From NCBI GenBank assembly GCA_964022095.1, contig CAXHZO010000009.1, positions 16,203-80,202 of the forward strand: a stretch of 64,000 bases of DNA, given 5' to 3'. Below the pieces are notes generated by a model. That model was not told the origin of the DNA and made no database searches. It saw only the letters and a list, made by a program, of their open reading frames with translations. Below are positions 53,515 to 62,556 of the stretch, piece after piece. Source of the DNA: an uncultured Arcobacteraceae bacterium (GTDB taxonomy: Bacteria; Campylobacterota; Campylobacteria; Campylobacterales; Arcobacteraceae). The translations under genes and the position numbers were made by a program. Positions within the stretch are counted from its first letter, which is position 1; each line of letters begins with the position of its first letter.

Positions 53515-54177
53515 TTATCCTACAAACTTATAACCCACACCCCAAACAGATTTTATGTATTTAGGGTTTTTAGAGTCATCACCAATTTTATGTCTAATAT
53601 TTGATATATGCATATCTATAGTTCTATTTTTGGTATTTATATCTAAAGATGTTGCATGAAGTATTTGTTCCCTTGAAGATATTTTATTTAGGTTTTTTGT
53701 TAAAAATTCAAAGATTTCAAACTCTATTTTTGTCAAATCAATGGGAAAATCATCCAATACTACGGTTTTATTATCTAGATCAATCTCAAATTCACCAATT
53801 TTAATTTTATGGCTTGAAACTCTTTTTAATATAAGTTCAATTCTTAAAACTAACTCCCTTGGTTCATAGGGTTTTGATAAGTAATCATCAGCACCTAATT
53901 CAAATCCATGAATTTTATTTCCAATATCACCACGAGCTGAGGAGATTATAATAGGGATGTCTTTTATTGCTTTAATCTTTTTAAATAGATCAAAACCATC
54001 CATTTGTGGTAACATCAAATCTAAAATCACTAAATCAAAATCCTCTTTTTTTAAAGCATCAAGTGCATCAAGAGGTTGAGTAAATGCTGTACATTCGAAG
54101 TTATAATCTTTTATGTAATCAACAATAAATGATTGTATTTGTAAATCATCTTCAATTAATAAAATCTTTTTAGTCAT
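53515..54177 (-). CDS. OmpR-family response regulator
   Basis: LLIEDD, LDLMLPQMDG, GADDYLSKPY, RTIDMHISNIRHK, VWGVGYK. Confidence 0.95.
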   Translation of the reverse strand: MTKKILLIEDDLQIQSFIVDYIKDYNFECTAFTQPLDALDALKKEDFDLVILDLMLPQMDGFDLFKKIKAIKDIPIIISSARGDIGNKIHGFELGADDYLSKPYEPRELVLRIELILKRVSSHKIKIGEFEIDLDNKTVVLDDFPIDLTKIEFEIFEFLTKNLNKISSREQILHATSLDINTKNRTIDMHISNIRHKIGDDSKNPKYIKSVWGVGYKFVG

Positions 54178-54559
54178 TGTCCCATTCCTCTAAATGTTTA
54201 GCAAATCTTTTTCTTTGTTTATTATTCAAAATTGCATGTATTTTTTCAAGTTTCTCAGCCTCTAATGAAATAGACTTTTGGTGATGATTTTGCAATATTT
54301 CTATATATTTTTCTTTATCAAATTTTTTAGCTTTGAATATATCTTCTATTTTATCTTCTATTTCATCTTCATCTTTATAGAAGTTATGATATTTCTTTTT
54401 AAATTCAATTAAAATGTTTCTTATATCTTTTATTTGAGTTGAATTTAAATCTAAGTATCTAAGATCTTTATATCTATGTTTATGCTTATATTCATTATTA
54501 TCAGCATATACAAAAGAGTATAGACTAATTAAAACTAGAAAGATTTTTAATGTTTTCAT
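54170..54559 (-). CDS. Spy/CpxP-like periplasmic protein
   Basis: Signal peptide; LDLNSTQ and ILNNKQR LTxxQ-like motifs; lies upstream of the two-component pair. Confidence 0.72.
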   Translation of the reverse strand: MKTLKIFLVLISLYSFVYADNNEYKHKHRYKDLRYLDLNSTQIKDIRNILIEFKKKYHNFYKDEDEIEDKIEDIFKAKKFDKEKYIEILQNHHQKSISLEAEKLEKIHAILNNKQRKRFAKHLEEWDND

Positions 54560-55644
54560 TTTCTATTAATCCTTTTTCAATATCACTATGACAAGCTTTA
54601 CAATTAGCCTTACTATTTATATCTTTATGATTATATAACTCTTTTGGTATTTCTTTGTGTTTTCTTTTCCAAAAAGAGCTTTGAGTTATTGCTATTATAT
54701 CTTTATCGCCAATTGAATTCAAAAAGCTAAGGCTTACTTGCATTGTTGAGGTTTCAGCACTATTTTTTAAAAGATAGTCAAGTATATTTTGTGTATCTTC
54801 TTCATCTAAACTTGCATCATCTCCAAAATGATTTTCTAAATCACCCATTAATGTTACCCATGACTTTTTAGGCAGTAGTGTGGGAGGGATAAAGAGTATG
54901 ACATGATGCACACTCACTTACAAACAAAGAATTTTCTTGTTCATAATTTATTGGTTTAAATATTGAGGCTGTTAGTACATTTTTTGGTGTTGATAGATTA
55001 AATATTAAAAAACTTACAAATAAAACAGCCATAATCAAAGCAAATGTTTTTTGATAAATATTAAGAGATACTATCTCTTTTTCATCAGTCATTTTATGTC
55101 CGTTTGCAATTGAGTTCAATGTTTTATTTTTACCATGTAGTAACTTATCAACTAAAACTCCACCTAAATGAGCAGCAATAAGAGCTAATAAAATACCTGT
55201 AAAAAACTCATGTAGTTCTTCAAAAAGTTCCATTTCTTTAAAATATGTACTATTTAAAGATGAAGCTATTCCTTTACCTTCTTGTATTCCATAAGTTAAA
55301 ACTCCAGTAACAATAATCAAAAAAACAGTTACTAACATACCAATCATTACATAAGATGCTATTGGGTTATGTCCTACATATTTTGATTTATCAGTAAGAA
55401 GTTCTGGTAAAAATTCTTTTGCTTGTTTCTTTCTTAGGGGAAAGTCTTTAAACTTTGAATATTTTGGTCCAAAAACTCCCCACCCAACTCTAAAAAATAG
55501 TAAGATAAATACACTATAACCAACTATTGCATGGTATAAAAGTAAATTATCATCATCAGTTAAAAATGCGATTACAATAAATACTGCAAAAAAAGCATGA
55601 AAAACTCTTGTTGGTAAAGTCCAAATATATGATTTTTGCATCAT
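54525..55644 (-). pseudogene. Cytochrome b - diheme cytochrome c (DHC) fusion with +1 frameshift at ~54886-54888
   Basis: Cyt b motifs W..PTRVFH, GHNP, HLGGV, then ECASCHTLYP. Removing one C restores YPPTLLPKKSW...HFG...NCKACH in the 54525-54917 frame. Confidence 0.85.
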
Positions 55645-55653
55645 TAAATCCTT

Positions 55654-56184
55654 TTAATCATCCCATCTTCCATAGCCTGGAATTTTTATAGCTCTTTCAC
55701 TATATATTCCTTTTTGTGCTGTTGTATGACAAGCAGTACAGTTTGAAAGTGTTTTTACTTTATCTTGAACTATTAGTCTTTTAGGAATTTCTCTGTGTTT
55801 TTTTATAAAATAAGGAACTTTAGTAATAGCAATAATATCTTCTGATGCGTAACCAGCTAGGCTATTTACCATTCTTCTACTTCTTTTATATTCCATTGCT
55901 TTTTCAGCACTATTCTCCATAATATAATTATATATTTTATCATAGTCTTCTTTTTCTAAACTAGCATCAGTACCAAAGTGATCTGATAAATTTGTCATAA
56001 GTTTATGCCATGACTTTTTTGGTAATAATCCTGGTTGATATCCAAAATGACATGAAGCACACTCATTCATATATAGTTCATTATTTACAGGTTTAACACC
56101 TGGCTTATTTTTTGAAAAGTATCCATAATCATCATCTGCAAATATAAAACTGCAAAGTGTCAGTAAAATTAGTATAGATTTCAT
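55654..56184 (-). CDS. Diheme cytochrome c (DHC)
   Basis: Signal peptide; ECASCH.GYQPGLLPKKSW, HFG.DASL, NCTACH. Confidence 0.9.
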   Translation of the reverse strand: MKSILILLTLCSFIFADDDYGYFSKNKPGVKPVNNELYMNECASCHFGYQPGLLPKKSWHKLMTNLSDHFGTDASLEKEDYDKIYNYIMENSAEKAMEYKRSRRMVNSLAGYASEDIIAITKVPYFIKKHREIPKRLIVQDKVKTLSNCTACHTTAQKGIYSERAIKIPGYGRWDD

Positions 56185-56194
56185 TTTTAATCCT

Positions 56195-56596
56195 TTATTG
56201 ATTTATGATGTACATTACTACATCACCTTTTTCTTTTGCAGTACCTTCACGATTATAAACATCATTAAAATTTCTTCTTAGCCATTTTTTGATGTTTTTT
56301 AGTTTTGTAAATCTTTTTGGATTTACCTTTGGTGATAGTGGTTTGATTTCTTTTCCTGTGAAAAAGTTTTTCCCAGTATCTTTTAAATTGATACTATGAC
56401 ATGATGTACAAGATATCTCTTTACCTTTTTTACTTATATGTTTTGAAGTAAAGATTTGCTCACCTCTTTTTGCATCAAAGCTTGCAAAATCAGGTTCACT
56501 TTTTAAAACTTCTTGTTTTAAAGTATTTAGATAATCATCTACTACAGCACTAAATGATAGTGTAGATAAAATTAATACAAAAAATATTGATTTCAT
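56195..56596 (-). CDS. DUF1924 / SHP-like monoheme cytochrome c
   Basis: Signal peptide; SCTSCH, TGKEIKPL.P..NPKRFT, KWLRRN, EKGD. Confidence 0.85.
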   Translation of the reverse strand: MKSIFFVLILSTLSFSAVVDDYLNTLKQEVLKSEPDFASFDAKRGEQIFTSKHISKKGKEISCTSCHSINLKDTGKNFFTGKEIKPLSPKVNPKRFTKLKNIKKWLRRNFNDVYNREGTAKEKGDVVMYIINQ

Positions 56597-56656
56597 TTAT
56601 TCTCCTTTTTATTTTTTAAGTTTAAAAGAACAAATTAAATTATTACTGTTAAGTCC

Positions 56657-56678
56657 CTTGACAATTTCTTTACAATTT
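56657..56678 (-). promoter_or_regulatory. 11-bp tandem direct repeat, candidate OmpR-family operator
   Basis: CTTGACAATTT-CTTTACAATTT (10/11 identical), ~60 nt upstream of the SHP/DHC operon. Confidence 0.5.
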
Positions 56679-56787
56679 TAATTGAACTTTAGTAACTAAT
56701 TTGAAACTTAGATTAAAATATTTAAGACTTTAAGCAAAGTTTTAGTATAATCCGCGAAATTAAAAGAAATTATCACAAAGAGAATAA

Positions 56788-58605
56788 ATGAGAGACATTA
56801 GAAATATTGCCGTTATCGCACACGTTGACCACGGTAAAACAACATTAGTTGACGAATTACTTAAGCAATCAGGAACTTTTTCTGCTCACCAAGAAGTTGA
56901 TGAAAGAGTTATGGATAGTAATGATATTGAAAAAGAAAGAGGAATTACAATTCTTTCTAAAAATACTGCTATTGACTACGAAGGTGTAAGAATTAACATC
57001 ATCGACACTCCAGGCCATGCTGACTTTGGTGGAGAAGTTGAGAGGGTTCTTAAAATGGTTGACTCGGTTTTATTACTAGTTGATGCTCAAGAGGGAACTA
57101 TGCCTCAAACAAAATTTGTTGTTAAAAAAGCACTTCAATTAGGTCATAGACCAATTGTTGTTATTAACAAAATTGATAAACCAGGTGGAGATCCAGATAG
57201 AGTTGTAGATGAAGTATTTGACCTATTTGATCAAATGGGTGCTACTGAAGAGCAATTAGAATTCCCAGTTATTTATGCAGCAGCTAGAGATGGTTATGCA
57301 ATGACTGCTTTAGAAGATCCAAAAGAGAACTTAACACCATTATTTGAAACTATTTTAAAAGAAGTTCCAAAACCAAAAGGTGATGATGAAAATGGTCTTC
57401 AACTTCAAGTATTTACACTTGATTACGATAACTTTATCGGTAAAATTGGTATTGCTAGAATCTTTAATGGTACTATTTCTATGGGTGAGACTGTAGTTTT
57501 AGTTAAAGCTGATGGTGAAAAAGTTAAAGGTAGAGTAACAAAACTTATTGGATTTAAAGGTGTTGATAGATTTGACATTGATAAAGCTGGTACTGGTGAT
57601 ATTGTTGCTGTTGCAGGTTTTGAAACTATTGATGTTGGAGATTCACTTTGTGATCCAGCAAACCCAATGCCACTTGATCCTATGCATATTGAAGAGCCAA
57701 CATTATCTGTAACATTTGCAGTAAATGATTCTCCATTAGCAGGAACTGAAGGTAAGTTTGTAACATCAAATAAAATTGATGAAAGATTAAATGCTGAGAT
57801 GAACACTAATATTGCTATGAATTATGAGCAAACTGGTGAGGGTAAATTTAAAGTTAACGGAAGAGGTGAACTTCAAATTTGTATCTTAGCTGAAAATATG
57901 AGAAGAGAAGGTTTTGAGTTCTCTATTGGTAGACCAGAAGTAATTACTAAAGAAGAAAATGGTGTAACTATGGAGCCATTTGAGCATCTAGTAATTGATA
58001 CTCCTGATGAGTTTTCTGGTTCTATTATTGAAAAATTAGGAAAAAGAAAAGCTAATATGACAAATATGGTACCAATGGGTGCTGGTTATACAAGATTAGA
58101 GTTTGAAATTCCTGCACGTGGTTTAATTGGTATTAGAACTGAGTTCTTAACTGAAACAAAAGGTGAGGGTGTTATGAACCACTCATTCTTAGAATTCAGA
58201 CCACACTCAGGTACAGTTGAATCTAGAAAACATGGGGCATTAGTTTCTATGGAAAATGGTGAAGCTGTTGGTTATTCTATCTTTAACTTACAAGATAGAG
58301 GAATCATGTACATTAAAGCACAAGATAAAGTATATAACGGAATGGTAATTGGACAACATGCTAAGTCAAATGACTTAGATGTTAACCCAGTAAAAGCAAA
58401 ACAGCAGTCAAACGTTAGATCTTCTGGTGCTGATGAAGCTATTAAAATTGTTCCACCAAAAATTATGTCACTTGAAAATGCATTAGAGTGGATAGAAGAA
58501 GATGAATTAGTTGAAGTTACTCCTCAATCTATTAGAGTTAGAAAAAGAGAACTTGATCCAACAGCTAGAAAAAGAACAGCTAAAAAGGCTAAATTCGCTG
58601 ATTAG
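56788..58605 (+). CDS. typA: Translational GTPase TypA/BipA
   Basis: [39 protein letters not shown]. Confidence 0.98.
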   Translation: MRDIRNIAVIAHVDHGKTTLVDELLKQSGTFSAHQEVDERVMDSNDIEKERGITILSKNTAIDYEGVRINIIDTPGHADFGGEVERVLKMVDSVLLLVDAQEGTMPQTKFVVKKALQLGHRPIVVINKIDKPGGDPDRVVDEVFDLFDQMGATEEQLEFPVIYAAARDGYAMTALEDPKENLTPLFETILKEVPKPKGDDENGLQLQVFTLDYDNFIGKIGIARIFNGTISMGETVVLVKADGEKVKGRVTKLIGFKGVDRFDIDKAGTGDIVAVAGFETIDVGDSLCDPANPMPLDPMHIEEPTLSVTFAVNDSPLAGTEGKFVTSNKIDERLNAEMNTNIAMNYEQTGEGKFKVNGRGELQICILAENMRREGFEFSIGRPEVITKEENGVTMEPFEHLVIDTPDEFSGSIIEKLGKRKANMTNMVPMGAGYTRLEFEIPARGLIGIRTEFLTETKGEGVMNHSFLEFRPHSGTVESRKHGALVSMENGEAVGYSIFNLQDRGIMYIKAQDKVYNGMVIGQHAKSNDLDVNPVKAKQQSNVRSSGADEAIKIVPPKIMSLENALEWIEEDELVEVTPQSIRVRKRELDPTARKRTAKKAKFAD

Positions 58606-58628
58606 AATTTAATTTATTTAAATTTTAT

Positions 58629-58667
58629 AAAGGGAGAAGAGCTTTTTAGTTCTTCTCCCTTTTTTTA
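58629..58667 (+). terminator. Intrinsic terminator of typA
   Basis: AAAGGGAGAAGAGCT-TTTT-AGTTCTTCTCCCTTT followed by a T run. Confidence 0.85.
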
Positions 58668-58781
58668 TGTCTTAATTTTAAAAAAGGAGTGAAAATGAGG
58701 ATGTATATATGTTAGATGATTGGTTAATTAAAATAAAAATATAATAGGAGAATAAAGATCCTCCTATAAAAAGGAGAAAAA

Positions 58782-58880
58782 ATGAATAAAAATATCAATA
58801 CAAATAAAAAAGATTATATTATATTAATTGCTATATATTTTTTAACTATTAGTAGTGGTTTTTTATTAATTAGCAATTAA
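58782..58880 (+). CDS. 32-aa small hydrophobic peptide (not in ORF track)
   Basis: MNKNINTNKKDYIILIAIYFLTISSGFLLISN; strong AAGGAG Shine-Dalgarno 5 nt upstream. Confidence 0.55.
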   Translation: MNKNINTNKKDYIILIAIYFLTISSGFLLISN

Positions 58881-58895
58881 TTAGAATAAGGAGTT

Positions 58896-60014
58896 TTATG
58901 CGAGTTTTAAAAGTGTAATCTCACTACTAGCACCTAATCTCATAGGTGGGCCCCAAAATCCAGTTCCTTTATTTACATAAACTTGAGTTTTTTGTGTATG
59001 TTGATGTAATCCCCTCACATAAGGTTGTTGTAGTTTTACTAGGTAATTAAATGGGAAAATTTGACCACCATGAGTATGCCCACACAAAATCAAGTCTAAT
59101 TGATTTGTATCTGGAATCTCTTCAATATATTTTGGTTGGTGAGCTAAAAGAACAGTTGGGGAATTAGCTTTGTTTTTTAAGGCTTTTTCTAAATCTGGTT
59201 TGTAAGCTCCATATCTCTGTCCAAATCTATCATAAACTCCTGCTAAGTTAAAGCCTTCATTTTTATTTCCTATATAAATATTTTCATTTTCTAAAGTTTT
59301 AATTCCTAAATAATTTACATAATCAATAATAGGTTTTACCCCATGAAAGTATTCATGATTTCCAACAATAAAATATGTGCCGTATTTAGATTTTAAATTT
59401 TTAAGCTCATTTAGTGCTGGTTTTGCAAAATCTAGTTTTGTATCTACTAAATCACCTGTTATTACCACTGTATCAGGATTTAAGTCATTTACTCTATTAA
59501 CTAAGTTTTTTATAAAATCTTTATCAATTAATCCACCAATATGTATATCACTTAGTTGAATAATAGAGTAGGGTTTTTTAAGTTTATCAAGTTTTACATC
59601 AACAATTTCTAGTTCTATATTTTTTGCATTGTTCATTGCTTTTGCATTAGTTGCCACTACAACTGACAGAACACCTATATCTAAGGATCTTTTAAAAAAA
59701 TCTCTTCTTTGAGATGTAAATTTAGTTTTGTTAACACCATAAGAGATGATTTCATGAATAATTGTTATGATAAATGTAATGAAAATCACCCCTACAGGTA
59801 GAGAGAGTAAAAAGTAGAGCCAATTTGGCACTACTGGGTTATACCTTACAACAGGATAGAAAACTACCCCTAAAAAAGTAATATATAAAAATATAGTAAG
59901 GTATTTCTTCGTCTTATCTCTAAACTCAAGTTTATTAATAAGACGTTTTTTGATTATAAAAGTTTGGAAAGCAAAAACTATTATAAAAACTGAAATAAAT
60001 ATTATAAAATTCAT
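58896..60014 (-). CDS. Membrane-anchored metallophosphoesterase (YkuE/YaeI-like)
   Basis: DIH, GDLVD, GNHE, LAHQP, GHTHGGQ; N-terminal TM helices. Confidence 0.92.
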   Translation of the reverse strand: MNFIIFISVFIIVFAFQTFIIKKRLINKLEFRDKTKKYLTIFLYITFLGVVFYPVVRYNPVVPNWLYFLLSLPVGVIFITFIITIIHEIISYGVNKTKFTSQRRDFFKRSLDIGVLSVVVATNAKAMNNAKNIELEIVDVKLDKLKKPYSIIQLSDIHIGGLIDKDFIKNLVNRVNDLNPDTVVITGDLVDTKLDFAKPALNELKNLKSKYGTYFIVGNHEYFHGVKPIIDYVNYLGIKTLENENIYIGNKNEGFNLAGVYDRFGQRYGAYKPDLEKALKNKANSPTVLLAHQPKYIEEIPDTNQLDLILCGHTHGGQIFPFNYLVKLQQPYVRGLHQHTQKTQVYVNKGTGFWGPPMRLGASSEITLLKLA

Positions 60015-60070
60015 TAAAAATTATACACACGAAATGTAAATGAATATTTAACAACTTGTGTAGAGTTTGT

Positions 60071-61375
60071 TTAGTTGATAGCTTTTTTTATACTTTCAAC
60101 TAAATTTAGTATCTCTTCTTTAGTTTGAGAATAGTGAATTGAAATTCTAAGCCAACCTGGCTTTTCTTGAACTTCTTCTTTTGTATTAAAGCCTAGTAAA
60201 TCATGTCCATAAGGTCCTGCACATGAACATCCAGCTCTTGTTTGTATACCTTCTTCTTGAGACAATCTTTCACAAATATGATAAGGATTGATATTTTCAA
60301 TATTAAAAGAGATAATACCTATATTTTCACATTGCGTATTCCCATAAATAGTCATATCAGATATTTTTTCAATTTCATTTAAAAATAGATTTAAAAGCAT
60401 CTTTTTTTGCTCTTTTATAAACTCAAAACCTATTTCATTCCTAAGTTGATAAGCTAAGGCTGCTCTTATTAGTTGTAATATTCCTGGTGTTCCAGCTGTT
60501 TCTCTAACACTTATCTCTTTTTCATACTCTTGTATTTGAGAATTTACATAAGATACTGTACCTCCACCTGCAAAAGTAGGTGCTATTTCATCATCAATTA
60601 AACTATCCCTAATAGCTAGTAATCCACAACTTCCAGGACCTCCTAGAAGTTTGTGTGGTGAGATCACTAAAGCATCATATAATTCACAAGGTACATTCAT
60701 ATATGGGCTACTTGCTGCTCCATCAAATAAAACTTTTGCCCCATAATGTCTAAGAAGTCTTGAAATTTCTTCATATGGAGTAATTATTCCAGTTACGTTT
60801 GAAGCAATACAAAAACATCCAATGATTTCTCTATGTGCATTTTCTTGTAAGACTTCTTTTAGTTGTCTAAGGTCTATTAAACCTTCAGCATTTAATTTAA
60901 TTCTTTTTACTTCACAAAATGCTTCTCTATAGCTTACTTCATTTGAGTGATGTTCATAAGGTCCTACTATGATTAGTGGAAGTTTCTTTTTAGCAACTGT
61001 TATTCCAAATCTTTTGATAGTAGCAGGTGGTACATATATCCCTAATAGTTCTTGAAATCTTTTGATCGCAGCAGTTGCTCCACAACCACTTGGGATTATT
61101 GAGAAATCATCACTAAGTTCTAAGGAGTTTTTTAAAGACTCTAATGCTTGATTATAGTATTGGTTTGTAACACTTGCATTTGAAGCTTCTTTTGAGTGAG
61201 TGTTTGCATAGGTTTCTAATACATCATGAATTCTATTCTCAATTGCTCTAAAAGCTAGACCAGATGCTGTATAGTCAAAATACTCTTTTTTATTTTTTCC
61301 TATAGTGTTGTATCTGATATTTTCTAAGATGTTAGTATGTTCATTGAAAAAAGGTTTAAATATATCTCTGTTCAT
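60071..61375 (-). CDS. Aminotransferase class V / cysteine desulfurase-like PLP enzyme
   Basis: DYTASG, YANTH, EHHSN, ASNVTG, SPHKLLGGPG, RAGCSCAGPYGH. Confidence 0.9.
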   Translation of the reverse strand: MNRDIFKPFFNEHTNILENIRYNTIGKNKKEYFDYTASGLAFRAIENRIHDVLETYANTHSKEASNASVTNQYYNQALESLKNSLELSDDFSIIPSGCGATAAIKRFQELLGIYVPPATIKRFGITVAKKKLPLIIVGPYEHHSNEVSYREAFCEVKRIKLNAEGLIDLRQLKEVLQENAHREIIGCFCIASNVTGIITPYEEISRLLRHYGAKVLFDGAASSPYMNVPCELYDALVISPHKLLGGPGSCGLLAIRDSLIDDEIAPTFAGGGTVSYVNSQIQEYEKEISVRETAGTPGILQLIRAALAYQLRNEIGFEFIKEQKKMLLNLFLNEIEKISDMTIYGNTQCENIGIISFNIENINPYHICERLSQEEGIQTRAGCSCAGPYGHDLLGFNTKEEVQEKPGWLRISIHYSQTKEEILNLVESIKKAIN

Positions 61376-61461
61376 TTTAGTTTTGATTAGTCCTAGTTAT
61401 TTATTGCATAATTTTAAGTTATTTAAGATAAGAAACGGCTTTTAATTTTAAAATCCTTTTG

Positions 61462-62556
61462 TTAAACAAAAGGATTAAAGTTTATTTTTGCTAATTCTTC
61501 TGCAAAATTAGAAGCTTTTGCTGTTGGAGCATCTAAGATTATGATATTACCTTTGTGGGTAATTTTTACTTTTGATGCATTATATTTTTCAAGTAAAGTT
61601 GTGAATTTTTTAATATTATCACTTTTTTGTTCTGAACTTTTTAAAACACATCCTATGAAGCTTTGACCTTCTATTGAACTTTGGTTTATTCCCATTCTAG
61701 GTTTTTTCATTGTTGATGAGTTTGATGAAATAGATTTATCTTTTAGATTAAAAGGAAGTGTTGAATTTAATAAATCAAAGAACTTATCAAATCCCCAAGT
61801 GTTTATAAATGCTTCAAATGAACTTTCTTCTATACTTTCTCTATTTCCAAAATCTCTATATATTTTTGCAATACTTTTAGCAGTATTTATAAGTTGTGAT
61901 GGATAAACATATCCAAACTCTTTTCCTATTACTTTTATAGAAAATATGATTTTATCTTTTTCATCTTTTGTTGCATTAAAACTAACATCAGGAGTATAAA
62001 GTAAGTTACAACCCTCTTTATATCCACTAATCGCAAATTGTAATTTATTGGGCATATTAGAGTATTTTTTACTACCAATAAATGTGTTATTTAGTTTATC
62101 AACTAATGAACTTACATCCATTAGTTGTTCACTATCAATACCATTTAATGGACAAGTTGCAACTCTTCTAACTGTATGTCCTGATTCAAAAAATGTCGTA
62201 AGGTTTATCTCTTGTAGAAGATTAAAAACCTTTGGAAGATTGTATAGTTTTATATTTTGTAAATTTACTTTTTGTTCACTATCAAAAGTCAAACTATTAT
62301 TTGCAAATTCACTTGAGATATCTGTTAGAACTTTTAATTGCTTTAAATTTAATTCTCCCATATCTAATGGAATTCTTAATTCAAAAGAGCTTTGATTTTC
62401 ATCAGTTGGATAGATTCCATACCATTGAAGTCTAATAAGATCTGCTGCTGGTATTCTCTCTCCTAAAACAGAGTGGATATAGATGTCACCAAGTACATCT
62501 AATCCATCTTTTTGTTTTTTTATCTCTTCTATATTTAATGCTAAGTTATTAGACAC
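61462..62556 (-). CDS. Truncated or degenerate nitrite/sulfite reductase (NirA/SirA)-like protein (GTG start)
   Basis: LQWYGIY, FELRIP..G.L..KQL, RRVATCPL.G, NMPNKLQFAISG. No C-terminal siroheme/[4Fe-4S] Cys motifs. Start overlaps the cysN stop. Confidence 0.75.
   Translation of the reverse strand: MSNNLALNIEEIKKQKDGLDVLGDIYIHSVLGERIPAADLIRLQWYGIYPTDENQSSFELRIPLDMGELNLKQLKVLTDISSEFANNSLTFDSEQKVNLQNIKLYNLPKVFNLLQEINLTTFFESGHTVRRVATCPLNGIDSEQLMDVSSLVDKLNNTFIGSKKYSNMPNKLQFAISGYKEGCNLLYTPDVSFNATKDEKDKIIFSIKVIGKEFGYVYPSQLINTAKSIAKIYRDFGNRESIEESSFEAFINTWGFDKFFDLLNSTLPFNLKDKSISSNSSTMKKPRMGINQSSIEGQSFIGCVLKSSEQKSDNIKKFTTLLEKYNASKVKITHKGNIIILDAPTAKASNFAEELAKINFNPFV

Noticed and set aside
59685-59715. 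Twin-arginine-like RRDFFKRS in the metallophosphoesterase
   Set aside because: Internal and common in this membrane-anchored family; not unusual.
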